Assembly (NCBI RefSeq): GCF_016342405.1 | Contig: NZ_JAEINN010000011.1 | Coordinates: 77,954 to 141,953, forward strand | Direction: 5' to 3' | Origin: Maridesulfovibrio ferrireducens | GTDB taxonomy: Bacteria; Desulfobacterota; Desulfovibrionia; Desulfovibrionales; Desulfovibrionaceae | DNA length: 64,000 nucleotides | Part shown: piece after piece, positions 1-8,923 of the stretch | Position numbering within the stretch: position 1 is the stretch's first letter | Layout of the letters: every line of letters starts with the position of its first letter | Position numbers and translations under genes: made by a program | The notes under the pieces: generated by a model | What the model saw: the letters and a program-made list of their open reading frames with translations, nothing else | What the model was told of the DNA's origin: nothing | The model's database searches: none

Positions 1-158
1 ATATAGAATCCCCAGGAAACATCACGGCTGAGGCCCGTGACGGTAAGTCCTTCCTGTAACTGATTCACATATACAACGAAGCCTGCGCCGATAATAAGAA
101 GCAGGAAGAAAATCCAGCTCCAATATTTCGGGCCGCCTTTGAGTGCTTTTTCGAGCAT
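1..158 (-). CDS. dsrP: DsrP, NrfD/PsrC-type membrane subunit of DsrMKJOP (N-terminal fragment, gene runs off window start)
   Basis: Absent from the ORF track because it is truncated. Reverse translation from the ATG at 158 gives MLEKALKGGPKYWSWIFFLLLIIGAGFVVYVNQLQEGLTVTGLSRDVSWGFY, a hydrophobic NrfD-like N-terminus. It starts 12 nt after the dsrO stop with a GGGGAAA SD-like element. Position fits the dsrMKJOP order. Confidence 0.7.
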   Translation of the reverse strand, partial: MLEKALKGGPKYWSWIFFLLLIIGAGFVVYVNQLQEGLTVTGLSRDVSWGFY

Positions 159-170
159 ATCAGTTTCCCC

Positions 171-956
171 CTAAATGATGTAGTACACGCCGGGCTCGGT
201 GCCGGCAGCGGGGTTCCTACGGATGGTGAAGTTCTCCCTAAGAACCTTTCTGACGTTTGAATCAGGGTCCTGGAGATCACCAAAGGTCATCGCGCCACTG
301 GATTTTTCCACACAAGCGGGCATTTCGCCAACGGCGAGACGCTCTACGCAGAAGTTGCATTTTTCAACAACACCGCGCATGCGGGTGGGGAACTTCACGT
401 TGATCTTTTCCATGTCGAGATGGAGTCTTGGATCCATGAAGTTGAAGCTACGAGCACCAAAGGGGCAAGCAGCCATGCAGTAACGACAGCCGATGCAGCG
501 ATGGTAATCCATTGCTACGATTCCGTCAGCACGCTTGAAGGTCGCCTTTGTGGGGCAGACGCGTACACACGAAGGGGTTTCGCAATGGTTGCAAAGCAAC
601 GGGAATTTGCGTTTTTCAAGCTCTTCCGAAGGGAAGTTATTTGTTTGATTCGGGAATGTTTCGGAATAAGTACCTTCCCACAACCATTTGATGTCCTGTT
701 TACCGGGAATCGTTGGAACGTTGTGGATGTGGTGACAAACTTCAGCCAGAGCGTTTATTGCTTCATCAGTGTTGAGCTTGCGGGTGTCGATAACCATAGC
801 CCAGCGTTTGGCATGTTTGGAGTTAGCGTTGACAACAGCATGTGCTTTGCCATGTCCGCCTCCGCCTGATGCCAGAGCTGCAGCTGTGGGAGCAAGACAA
901 AGTCCTGCTGCCGAGAGACCTGCAAACTTGAGGAAGTTTCTTCTACTCTGTTTCAT
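171..956 (-). CDS. dsrO: DsrO, periplasmic 4Fe-4S ferredoxin-like subunit with Tat signal
   Basis: ORF 171..986 trimmed to MKQSRRNFLKFAG (twin-arginine signal). Several Cys clusters are present (CNHCETPSCVRVCP, CIGCRYCMAACP, CNFC). The start overlaps the dsrJ stop by 1 nt (TAATG). Confidence 0.85.
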   Translation of the reverse strand: MKQSRRNFLKFAGLSAAGLCLAPTAAALASGGGGHGKAHAVVNANSKHAKRWAMVIDTRKLNTDEAINALAEVCHHIHNVPTIPGKQDIKWLWEGTYSETFPNQTNNFPSEELEKRKFPLLCNHCETPSCVRVCPTKATFKRADGIVAMDYHRCIGCRYCMAACPFGARSFNFMDPRLHLDMEKINVKFPTRMRGVVEKCNFCVERLAVGEMPACVEKSSGAMTFGDLQDPDSNVRKVLRENFTIRRNPAAGTEPGVYYII

Positions 957-1333
957 TATTTTGCCTCCTTTGGAGGTACGTGGCAATCCCAGCAGTATGG
1001 GGTTACACCAGCGTCAGTATGACATTTGTCACAGAATTGCTCTTTGCTGGTATGACATTCCATACAGGTATTCTGGAGACTGATAGTGTATTCCTTGCCG
1101 TTTGCACTGATATATGTCCGTTTGCCTTCACGAAGAGCCATGTCTCTCCACTCGTCAAGAAGCTGCATATGTGATGTACGCATTTCTTCTTTGGGCGCGA
1201 CACATTCTTTCGCATTTTTTGGCAGTTCGACCTTAGGCTGCTCGTACGTTCCTCCCATATTGAACCAGAAAGGAAGAGAAACGAGGCCAAGGAAAATAAC
1301 CAGACCAGCTATTATTTTTCCACCGTATTGCAT
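956..1333 (-). CDS. dsrJ: DsrJ, triheme cytochrome c subunit
   Basis: 125 aa with an N-terminal membrane anchor and three CxxCH motifs (CMECH, CDKCH, CWDCH). Lies between dsrK and dsrO. Confidence 0.85.
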   Translation of the reverse strand: MQYGGKIIAGLVIFLGLVSLPFWFNMGGTYEQPKVELPKNAKECVAPKEEMRTSHMQLLDEWRDMALREGKRTYISANGKEYTISLQNTCMECHTSKEQFCDKCHTDAGVTPYCWDCHVPPKEAK

Positions 1334-1336
1334 CTG

Positions 1337-2944
1337 TTATTCCTCCTTCTTAGGCAGAGGGTTCATGCGAAGGTCAGTTTCTCTTTCTTTCTCGCCGTCG
1401 AGAATTAGAGCATTACCGACAAGTTCGTGAACACCGCAGATGTCAACGCCCGGAGCCCAGTAGTCGGCAAGTGGAATAAGCGTTGCACGGTCAATTGCAC
1501 AGATACAGGCCATCATGTTTACATCATGTTCTTCCTGTACTGATTTCAATGCGTTGCCGCGTGGCAAGCCGCCGCGCATGCGTATTTCCATGATTTCGTC
1601 AGTGTTCAGACCGGAGCCGCCTGCACAGCAGAATGTTTGCTCACGAATGGTCTGTTCAGGCATTTCATGGAAGTTTTTAACAACGTTATTGAGAACGTAA
1701 CGAGGCTCGTCCAGAAGACCCATGGCCCGAGCAGGGTTACAGGAATCGTGGAAGGTTGCGCGAATATGATCGTTTCTGGTCGGATCGAGTTTCAGCTTAT
1801 TATGTTTCATAAGGTCAGCTGTGAACTCGGCGATGTGAACCATCTTAGTCTGGGCAGCGCTATGGAAAACAGTACCGGTGATCGGGCTTTTAGGAACTTG
1901 CAGGAAGTCCGCGGGGCCGTTCATTGTATCCATGTACTGGTTGATTACGCGCCACATGTGACCGCATTCGCCGCCAAGGATCCATTTGGCTCCAAGGCGT
2001 TTTGCTTCAGCGTACATCTTTCCGTTGAGTTTCTTCATCATGTCCGCAGATGTGAACAGACCGAAGTTACCGCCTTCAGAGGCATAAGTGGAAAGAGTAT
2101 AGTCCAGGCCGATATGATCGAAGAGCATCAGGTAACCCATAAAGGTGTAGATGCCCGGGTCAGCAAAAACGTCACCGGAAGGAGTGATGAAGATAACTTC
2201 ATGCCCCTTTTCGTTCATTGGAACGTGCAGTTTTTTGCCTGTGATTTCTTCGATGTCGTCAACCATGAATTCAACGATGTCTTTGAAAGCGTGTGGCTGG
2301 ATACCGAGATGGTTACCTGTACGGTTACAGTTGGCAACCGGCTCCATGATCCAGTTAATATTCACGCCGCAAAGGTGAAGCAGTTCACGTGCCATCATTG
2401 TTACTTCAGCTGTATCGATGCCGTAAGGGCAGAACAGCGAGCAACGGCGGCACTCAGTACACTGGTAAAAGTAGATGAACCACTCTTTAAGAACGTCTTC
2501 GGTCATAACTCTGGAACCGGTGAGGGTTGTCAGAATTTTTCCGGCCATGGTGAAGTCCTTACGGTAAACAGAACGCATAAGTTCTGCACGAAGGACCGGC
2601 ATGTTTTTAGGATCGCCGGAACCGATGAAAAAGTGGCATTTATCGGCGCAAGCACCGCAACGCACACAGACGTCCATGAATACTTTAAGAGAACGGTATT
2701 TATCCAGTCTCTCTTTGAATCCCTGATGGACAATGTCCTGCCAGTTTTCAGGGAGTTTCCAGTCCACGTCAGCAGGAGACCATTGGCGTGGGTTCGGGAA
2801 ACCTAAGTATTCGAGTTTATCTGCCTTAGCAGGGTAACACCAGTTCCCGGGAGAACAGTCTACCGGAGTATCCATCCAACCTGTGGAAGGCGGTGTATAG
2901 TTAATGCTTTTAAAAAGCTCATCAGCTTTTGGGAGGTCAGCCAT
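1337..2944 (-). CDS. dsrK: DsrK, HdrD-like CCG-domain iron-sulfur subunit
   Basis: 535 aa with ferredoxin-type motifs CVRCGACADKC and CTECRRCSLFCP and a CCG-type motif FCCAGGSG. Position fits the dsr operon. Confidence 0.9.
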   Translation of the reverse strand: MADLPKADELFKSINYTPPSTGWMDTPVDCSPGNWCYPAKADKLEYLGFPNPRQWSPADVDWKLPENWQDIVHQGFKERLDKYRSLKVFMDVCVRCGACADKCHFFIGSGDPKNMPVLRAELMRSVYRKDFTMAGKILTTLTGSRVMTEDVLKEWFIYFYQCTECRRCSLFCPYGIDTAEVTMMARELLHLCGVNINWIMEPVANCNRTGNHLGIQPHAFKDIVEFMVDDIEEITGKKLHVPMNEKGHEVIFITPSGDVFADPGIYTFMGYLMLFDHIGLDYTLSTYASEGGNFGLFTSADMMKKLNGKMYAEAKRLGAKWILGGECGHMWRVINQYMDTMNGPADFLQVPKSPITGTVFHSAAQTKMVHIAEFTADLMKHNKLKLDPTRNDHIRATFHDSCNPARAMGLLDEPRYVLNNVVKNFHEMPEQTIREQTFCCAGGSGLNTDEIMEIRMRGGLPRGNALKSVQEEHDVNMMACICAIDRATLIPLADYWAPGVDICGVHELVGNALILDGEKERETDLRMNPLPKKEE

Positions 2945-3006
2945 GTCAACTCCTCAACAAAAGGTATTATAAGGTCCAACCAACACATAAAGTCCGCTGG
3001 ACTTTA

Positions 3007-4002
3007 TTATGCCTCTTTGTCCACAGGGAGACCCGCTTCAATCATAGGTTCCCTGAAGTCGTCTTCATAAGCCTCATAGCTATGTGGCTTGATGTTCGGA
3101 TCATTCCAAGGGTTCTCGTGATGCTTAATGCGGGAGTTGTTAGGCATATTCCTTGTAGGAGAAAGGAAGATACCGCCTGCATGCATAAGCTTGCTGAATG
3201 GGAAGTAAATGAGCAGTGTACAGACTAATAATAGGTGTACATAGAAAGATACATCCACATTTGCGGGAATTACTGGGTTGAAGGTTACAAGTCCCATAGT
3301 CAGCTGTTTAATAGCCATAACATCTACTTTTGCGATAAAGCGCATGTAGATACCGGAAAGCCCGATGGCAATAATGAGCAATAGTGGGAAATAGTCAGTA
3401 ACCAGAGAAATGTAACGGAGTTTAGCGTCCCAAAGTCTGCGTGCGAGCAAGAAAGCCACACCGACAATGATCAAAAGATCACTCATGTACATTCTGGGTG
3501 TTCCGATCTGCATGATCCCGTCAAGCATTTCAACCCAGCCGATACAGGCGGGAATCGGTTCAAAGAAAAGTCTCATGTGCCTGATTACAATAAGCAGGAA
3601 TGAGTAGTGAAACAGAAGTGAAAACAGCCACAGCCATTTGGCGGAAGCATATGTCACTTTGCCGTCTTTGAGAGCCACTTTTGTGTTCCGGAACAAAGAA
3701 CGGAAACAGCAGACCTCAAGAAACATACGGATAAAAGTTTGACACGGAGTCACGGGGTTGTCGAACTTGTTGTGATGGATGAAGTCCAAAGACTTCTGCT
3801 GTCCGCCCGTGGTCGGAATACAAAAAGGAACAGGGCTTTTCGCCCATTTAATCATCCGGTAAGCAAAACCTACCAGAAATACGGCAACAGCTACCAAAGG
3901 TAAGCCGATGCCGAAGAGTTTTGCCATATGCGCTGTTTCTACTCCGAAAAGAGCCAGCAGCACTAGGGCAAAAACTAAAACGAGTGAGTACAAAGCGTTC
4001 AT
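3007..4002 (-). CDS. dsrM: DsrM, NarI-like dihaem b membrane subunit
   Basis: 331-aa polytopic membrane protein directly upstream of dsrK. It resembles the NarI/HdrE family and is the first gene of dsrMKJOP. Confidence 0.8.
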   Translation of the reverse strand: MNALYSLVLVFALVLLALFGVETAHMAKLFGIGLPLVAVAVFLVGFAYRMIKWAKSPVPFCIPTTGGQQKSLDFIHHNKFDNPVTPCQTFIRMFLEVCCFRSLFRNTKVALKDGKVTYASAKWLWLFSLLFHYSFLLIVIRHMRLFFEPIPACIGWVEMLDGIMQIGTPRMYMSDLLIIVGVAFLLARRLWDAKLRYISLVTDYFPLLLIIAIGLSGIYMRFIAKVDVMAIKQLTMGLVTFNPVIPANVDVSFYVHLLLVCTLLIYFPFSKLMHAGGIFLSPTRNMPNNSRIKHHENPWNDPNIKPHSYEAYEDDFREPMIEAGLPVDKEA

Positions 4003-4050
4003 CTACCTTCACCTCGCTTATAACGTTTGGCTTCCCGGGGAAGCCGGCCA

Positions 4051-4581
4051 CTACACCTGTCCGGCCCCTTTGGCCGAAGCATCCTCGATTTCGTTGACCC
4101 GCCTTAAGAGCATGTGGTGAGAGCGTTTCACTTCACCAATTCTCATTTGCGTGATCAAATCCCTATTCTTGGTATAGATGTCGAACGCGATCAGACCCAG
4201 GTTATCAACCCTGGTCTCAAACGCGAGCAACTCGTCAAGTCTACCTTCCTTTTTAAGATCCTGCATAAACTCATCTCTCAGCAGTTTCTTAAAAAGAAAA
4301 ACAAAACTTAAAGCTCTTGATGGTGCAAATTCCTGAACAGCCCTTATTTTAATCAGGTCTTCCAGGGATTTTGCAATTGCGTCTACATCTTTCCACTCAA
4401 TAATAAGGTCAAAAAGTTCTCTCGTGACCCTTTGAGTAGTAATTCCGACAGGATTTGTGAACTGATCGCTGTTGCTCTTCCATATCTTCTGAGTTGTTTC
4501 AGGATAGGAAGACAGGACCAAATCAAACCATTTTTTAGTCAGAACATTTCTTTTTTCTAACAATCTTTCTTCAAGGTTCAT
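4051..4581 (-). CDS. conserved cytoplasmic protein, possibly RsbRD N-terminal-domain-like, leading the dsrMKJOP operon
   Basis: 176-aa soluble helical ORF that ends 48 nt before the dsrM start on the same strand, with AGGAA 7 nt upstream of its ATG. The family assignment is from memory of similar annotations and is not verified. Confidence 0.45.
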   Translation of the reverse strand: MNLEERLLEKRNVLTKKWFDLVLSSYPETTQKIWKSNSDQFTNPVGITTQRVTRELFDLIIEWKDVDAIAKSLEDLIKIRAVQEFAPSRALSFVFLFKKLLRDEFMQDLKKEGRLDELLAFETRVDNLGLIAFDIYTKNRDLITQMRIGEVKRSHHMLLRRVNEIEDASAKGAGQV

Positions 4582-4715
4582 TGTAAGTTCCTGAATTAAT
4601 TGTCTACGACAGAAATAAGGATCCTCAAGCTCTTGCTTAGGTCTTATAAAATTTTCCGGCCTGACAATGAGGCTGGAAATGTGAATTCTGTCACGCTGTG
4701 ACTAACAGCACGATA

Positions 4716-4755
4716 TTCCAGATACCTAGTGATTCGTCAAGGTATTTTCCAGATA
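4716..4755. promoter_or_regulatory. direct repeat TTCCAGATA x2, 31 nt apart, upstream of the dsr operon leader gene
   Basis: TTCCAGATA occurs at 4716-4724 and 4747-4755. A nearby palindrome GTCAC-gct-GTGAC lies at 4690-4702. Both sit in the 427-nt divergent intergenic region. Confidence 0.2.
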
Positions 4756-5008
4756 TAATGACCCCCTTAGAGGTATGAAACTCTTTGTGTAACAAGGATT
4801 TTAATCTCTGAATAAGGAACCATACCAATAAGGAAACTGCGTGTTTTAGGTAGGGCTTATCACGTTTGCGAGATAATTAATTCTTTTTTTGTCAGGAGTT
4901 TTCGTGCATTCAAAATTTACAGATAATTTTTTTGAGAATAAAATATTATTATTAGTTAAATGACCCGGGGTATTTTTTTGAGGTGTAGGATATATACATG
5001 AGGGGCAG

Positions 5009-5716
5009 ATGTCTGAATCATTGATTATTTATCCGGAAGGCTGCCGGAAAGCTGTTTTTATAAAAAGATATAAAAGATTTACCGTCGAAGCTTTACTTGA
5101 TGGTGAGGTTATATCTATCCATACTAACAATACAGGCTCTATGCTTGGCTTGCTGCGGGAAGGGCAGGAGATATTTATTTCTCCGGCATTGAATCCGGCT
5201 CGCAAACTTAAATGGACTCTCGAGATGGTTAATCTGTCAGGTTCGTGGGTTGGCGTGAATACCTCTGTTCCGAACAAAATGATACAGAGAGCTTTTGAGG
5301 TTGCGGTTTTGCCTGAATTGAAAGGGTACACCGCAATAAAGCGTGAGGCTGTAGTCGGCAAAAGCCGTATTGATGCAAAATTTACCGATGAGTCGGGACG
5401 TCTGCCGGATTTATGGGTTGAATGTAAAAATGTCACTCTTGTAGAAGATGATGTGGCCTGCTTTCCTGATGCACCCACTGAACGGGGGCAGAAACACCTT
5501 GTTGAATTGATGGCTCTTGCCGCTGAAGGGTATAGGGTCGCGATGTTCTTTTTTGTTCAGCGTAATGATGGAAAATGTTTCGGTCCTGCTGATTTTATAG
5601 ACCCCAAATATGCAAAATTATTTGAGCAGGCTCTTGCGGCGGGAGTTGAATGCTGGCCGTATCAGGCAGAACTCAGTGAAAAAGGAATTTCAATCGGTGA
5701 GAAAATGAAGTTTTAA
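5009..5716 (+). CDS. sfsA: sugar fermentation stimulation protein SfsA family
   Basis: 235 aa. The N-terminus (FIKRYKRFTVEALLDGEVISIHTNNTGSM) and overall length are typical of SfsA. Confidence 0.8.
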   Translation: MSESLIIYPEGCRKAVFIKRYKRFTVEALLDGEVISIHTNNTGSMLGLLREGQEIFISPALNPARKLKWTLEMVNLSGSWVGVNTSVPNKMIQRAFEVAVLPELKGYTAIKREAVVGKSRIDAKFTDESGRLPDLWVECKNVTLVEDDVACFPDAPTERGQKHLVELMALAAEGYRVAMFFFVQRNDGKCFGPADFIDPKYAKLFEQALAAGVECWPYQAELSEKGISIGEKMKF

Positions 5717-5747
5717 TGTGGCTATAATAAGCTGATATAAAACAATT

Positions 5748-5789
5748 AAAAAGTCCGGAAAATTTCATAAAATTTTCCGGACTTTTTTT
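5748..5789. terminator. bidirectional rho-independent terminator shared by sfsA and the catalase gene
   Basis: Stem AAAAAGTCCGGAAAATT / AATTTTCCGGACTTTTT, flanked by an A-run and a T-run between convergent genes. Confidence 0.8.
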
Positions 5790-5804
5790 AAGTTTATAAG
5801 GCGG

Positions 5805-7310
5805 TTAAGAAGCTGTAGCCTTTACTCTGTCGGCCTGATTCATATTTGCCAGCTTTTCAACTTTAGCAAGATCAAGCTCAAGCCCTTTTGCGATGCGGGT
5901 GCCATAGTCTTTATCTGTTTTATAGAAGATTGCAGCTTGTCTGAGCTGGATGCGTTTCTGTGCTCCGGTCAAATGTCCGATAATATTTCTCGTCAGATTT
6001 ACCCGGTCCTGTTCACTCATAACATTGCGATACAGATTGCCGGCCTGAACAAAGTCATCGTCTACAAGTTTATAACTATGTTGCGCTGCATTGCCTTCGA
6101 TCGGCAGTGGAGGTTCAAGAGCCGTTTCATCCGGTTCAGCTCCTTCGAAGCTGTTCGGCCAGTAGTTAGGTCCACCGCCTCCGCCATCGTCTACACGCAT
6201 AGCTCCGTCGCGCTGGTAATTAAGCTCAGGAGCGTTTTTTGGCATATTTACAGGGATTAGGTGGTAATTTGTTCCAAGTCTGTGGAGATGGGTGTCGTGG
6301 TACGAAAACATGCGTCCTTGGAGCATCTTGTCAGGTGAGGCTCCGATGCCGGGTACAAGATTGCCGGGGGTGAAGGCTGCTTGTTCTACTTCGGCAAAAT
6401 AATTTTCCGGATTTCGATTCAAGACCATCTTCCCTATAGTGATGGGTGGTACTTCGGAGTGAGGCCATACTTTGGTAATATCGAAGATATCCCATTTGAA
6501 ATCTTTGGCTTGCCGGGGAGTCAGTATCTGCATTTCCAGCGTCCATGACGGGAAGTCTCCGTTTTTAATAGATTCATGCAGATCCCGGGTGGCATGATCC
6601 GGATCTTTGGCACACATCGCACCGGCTTCGGCCGCAGTCATGGTTTTTGAGCCTTGATCTGTTTTAAAGTGATATTGGACCCAGACGTATTCACCTTTTT
6701 CATTGTACCATTTGTAGGTGTGGCTCGAGTAACCATTCATATGGCGGAAAGTTATAGGGGTTCCTCTGTCCGAGAAAAGAATAGTTACCTGATGAATTGA
6801 TTCAGGTGTGAGGGATAAGAAATCCCAGAACATGTCGGGATCTTTTAAATTGGTTGCAGGATTACGTTTTTGGGTATGTATGAAATCAGGAAATTTCATT
6901 GGGTCGCGAATAAAGAAGACCGGGGTATTATTGCCGACCATATCGTAGTTGCCTTCTTCGGTGTAAAACTTGATGGCGAAACCACGCGGATCACGCTCAG
7001 CATCAGCAGAGCCTTTTTCTCCTCCGACTGTTGAAAAGCGCACAAATAGATCAGTTTTTTTGCCAACTTCAGAGAGGAAGGCTGCTTTTGTGTATTTGGT
7101 AACATCAGCAGTTACTTCAAAATAGCCGTATGCTCCGGCTCCTTTGGCATGAACTACGCGTTCAGGGATGCGTTCGCGGTCGAAGTGGGCCAGTTTCTCT
7201 ATAAGGTGCATATCCTGAACTAAGACCGGGCCTTTTTCTCCGGCTGTTTGTGAGTTTAGGTCGTCACCCACAGGCTTCCCGAAGGCTGTCGTAATTTTCT
7301 TTTTTTTCAT
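5805..7310 (-). CDS. katA: monofunctional haem catalase
   Basis: Carries [18 protein letters not shown] and [14 protein letters not shown] motifs. ORF 5805..7409 was trimmed to [11 protein letters not shown] at 7310, which has AGGAG 6-7 nt upstream. Confidence 0.9.
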   Translation of the reverse strand: MKKKKITTAFGKPVGDDLNSQTAGEKGPVLVQDMHLIEKLAHFDRERIPERVVHAKGAGAYGYFEVTADVTKYTKAAFLSEVGKKTDLFVRFSTVGGEKGSADAERDPRGFAIKFYTEEGNYDMVGNNTPVFFIRDPMKFPDFIHTQKRNPATNLKDPDMFWDFLSLTPESIHQVTILFSDRGTPITFRHMNGYSSHTYKWYNEKGEYVWVQYHFKTDQGSKTMTAAEAGAMCAKDPDHATRDLHESIKNGDFPSWTLEMQILTPRQAKDFKWDIFDITKVWPHSEVPPITIGKMVLNRNPENYFAEVEQAAFTPGNLVPGIGASPDKMLQGRMFSYHDTHLHRLGTNYHLIPVNMPKNAPELNYQRDGAMRVDDGGGGGPNYWPNSFEGAEPDETALEPPLPIEGNAAQHSYKLVDDDFVQAGNLYRNVMSEQDRVNLTRNIIGHLTGAQKRIQLRQAAIFYKTDKDYGTRIAKGLELDLAKVEKLANMNQADRVKATAS

Positions 7311-7378
7311 GGCAGAACTCCTTTTTATTTGTGTAAACGGTTGGTTCTTTATCAGCCTTCCTTGTATCACTCTGAATG

Positions 7379-7398
7379 AGTAATTGGAATAGTAATTG
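7379..7398. promoter_or_regulatory. direct repeat AGTAATTG-gaat-AGTAATTG upstream of the catalase gene (candidate operator)
   Basis: Two exact 8-mers at 7379-7386 and 7391-7398, about 70-90 nt upstream of the catalase ATG. Confidence 0.2.
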
Positions 7399-7448
7399 AG
7401 GATTTGCATGAAGAGCGAACAAGTGTTTGGTTGAGAATTTTTCTTTAC

Positions 7449-7508
7449 GTCTGAAACAAAAGGGAAAATCCCTATTCTCTTAGTGTAAAAGAATAGGGAT
7501 TTTCAGAC
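7449..7508 (-). terminator. rho-independent terminator (minus strand) insulating the catalase promoter region
   Basis: Perfect 13-bp stem AAAATCCCTATTC / GAATAGGGATTTT, extended by GTCTGAAA / TTTCAGAC. On the minus strand it is followed by CCTTTTGTTT. Confidence 0.55.
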
Positions 7509-7715
7509 CTGACGGGTGTTGAAAAGCTTGGTGCCCGGCCGGGACCGAGTTAATCCGACCGGACACCATAGGAGCTGGATGCCGAAATTTTTGCCGGGAG
7601 GGTGGAGCTCCCGGCATGAAACCAGTCTCGGAGTAGCTTGCCTCATGAAATTAGGGGCAACATGCAGAACGATGACTTTGGACGAGTTCTACATTTGTTC
7701 GAGCTGTTAAATATA
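7509..7715 (-). ncRNA. candidate structured RNA or long structured 3' UTR of the thioesterase gene
   Basis: A GC-rich stretch in an otherwise AT-rich intergenic context. It contains stems GCCGGGAG/CTCCCGGC and GGTGCCCGG/CCGGACACC, plus an alternative pairing ATGCCG/CGGCAT. It is bounded by the terminator at 7449-7508. I could not match it to a known RNA family by eye. Confidence 0.25.
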
Positions 7716-8204
7716 TTAATCAGTTGAGGGGTTACGTTCGCGCATCAGTTCCTGCTTACGTACAGCTCGCCGTTCAACTGCTTCTTTGTTTCTTCTATGA
7801 TCCACGCCTGTCTCAAGGGTAAGTTGAGGTACAAGGGAAGGTTTTCCGTCTTCGCCTATGGCAACAAATGTCAGATACGCTGAATTTGTATGCCGCAGTT
7901 CTCCTGTAAGAAGATTTTCAGCTTCGACCCGCACTCCGATTTCCATTGAAGTTTTACCTACCATATTCACGTTCGCATGAAGGTTGATAAGCTCGCCGAC
8001 ATATGCGGGTCTCAGGAAGTTCATCCTGTCAATAGAGGCTGTGACCACAGGTTTACGTGCATGACGCATGGCGCAGGTGGCAGCAATGAGATCCAGCTGT
8101 TTCAGAAGAACCCCGCCATGAAGGTTGCCAGCTGGATTTGTATCCTGCGGGAGCACTCTGTAGGTTGTGTATGCTCTGCTTTCACTGACTTTTTTTTCTT
8201 TCAT
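7716..8204 (-). CDS. acyl-CoA thioesterase, hotdog fold (YciA-like)
   Basis: 162 aa. PQDTNPAGNLHGGVLLKQLD and the SIDRMNFLRPAYVGE pattern are typical of acyl-CoA thioester hydrolases. Confidence 0.8.
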   Translation of the reverse strand: MKEKKVSESRAYTTYRVLPQDTNPAGNLHGGVLLKQLDLIAATCAMRHARKPVVTASIDRMNFLRPAYVGELINLHANVNMVGKTSMEIGVRVEAENLLTGELRHTNSAYLTFVAIGEDGKPSLVPQLTLETGVDHRRNKEAVERRAVRKQELMRERNPSTD

Positions 8205-8258
8205 TGAACTGTTCCTGATCCTGAGTTTCTTTTGATGTGATATTTTTATATTACAAAA

Positions 8259-8495
8259 TTACCGGATCTTACCATACTCTACCCTTGCTTCCCATATCAT
8301 TTTAGCAATTCGTTTACCTAGGTCGAGCTGCCTTGTGCTCAGGAGAGCTTCGGCTGCTTCCCGGTTTCCCCCGGATTTGAGCAACGTAGCAGACTCCAAG
8401 TCTCTGAGATAATTCTCACATTCCCGGATTAGCTTGGAGAGGTTCATCGCCTCCAGCTCAATAGGTATCCTTACGGATTTTACTTTTTTACTCAT
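8259..8495 (-). CDS. hypothetical small helical protein
   Basis: 78-aa ORF on the same strand as the thioesterase gene. No clear SD and no recognisable motif. Confidence 0.35.
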   Translation of the reverse strand: MSKKVKSVRIPIELEAMNLSKLIRECENYLRDLESATLLKSGGNREAAEALLSTRQLDLGKRIAKMIWEARVEYGKIR

Positions 8496-8547
8496 GTTTT
8501 TGCTTCGTTGATAATACTTTTGCCAGATTGGGTAGAATTGTCAATAC

Positions 8548-8562
8548 ATTTGTAATACAAAT
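8548..8562. promoter_or_regulatory. 7-1-7 palindrome ATTTGTA-A-TACAAAT in an AT-rich intergenic region
   Basis: Perfect inverted repeat about 55-65 nt upstream of the ORF starting at 8495. The architecture resembles dimeric-repressor boxes. Confidence 0.2.
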
Positions 8563-8923
8563 TGAAAATAAATAAATATTGTTTAGTAATGCCAAATAAA
8601 GTTTTTATTAATTATTTTTTGATGAATAAAAGTAGTTCAAAAGTAATACGAAACAACGTCAATAAACACCTTAAATAGTAACTATAAAAAGCTACAGTTT
8701 GTAATTTGATTGCTAATGTCTAGTTTTAGTAAGGTGGCTGGTGAGTTTGGTTGTTTTAATAAAGTTTTTTATTTTAAATACTTAAAAAGAACTAAGTCTT
8801 TTTTTAGTAGGCGTGAGTGTTCAAGGTATATCTTTGTTTTAAAAGCCAAGAGTCAAAGCCTTTTGCTCGTGAATACTAGAAAAATTTTCCAAGAGAGGTA
8901 ATAATGGAGCGATAATGAGGAGT

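Noticed and set aside
65-283. 72-aa minus-strand ORF spanning the dsrP/dsrO junction.
   Set aside because: It is out of frame with both well-supported genes. The real dsrP starts at 158 and dsrO ends at 171.
1637-2806. 389-aa plus-strand ORF antisense to dsrK. The same pattern occurs at 45084..46163 (359 aa, antisense to aprA), 42675..43397 (antisense to sat), 26976..27638 (antisense to secA) and 61656..62171 (antisense to the flbB-like gene).
   Set aside because: These are mirror-frame ORFs inside genes with clear motif-supported products. They have odd compositions (rich in V, F, S, T, H) and no SD. They are most simply explained by codon bias in highly expressed genes avoiding TTA, CTA and TCA, which removes stops on the opposite strand.
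5805-7409. N-terminal extensions in the raw ORFs of the catalase gene (to 7409), sat (to 43349), aprA (from 44718), livG (from 52931), livH (from 54917), the substrate-binding protein (from 53738), dsrO (to 986) and ptsH (from 19312).
   Set aside because: In each case an internal ATG with a good SD gives the family-typical N-terminus. The upstream residues lack an SD and lack homology-like sequence.
7516-7710. 64-aa plus-strand ORF in the thioesterase-catalase intergenic region.
   Set aside because: It has no SD, an Arg/Gly/Cys-rich composition that simply reflects GC-rich structured DNA, and no downstream context. It was treated as a candidate RNA element instead.
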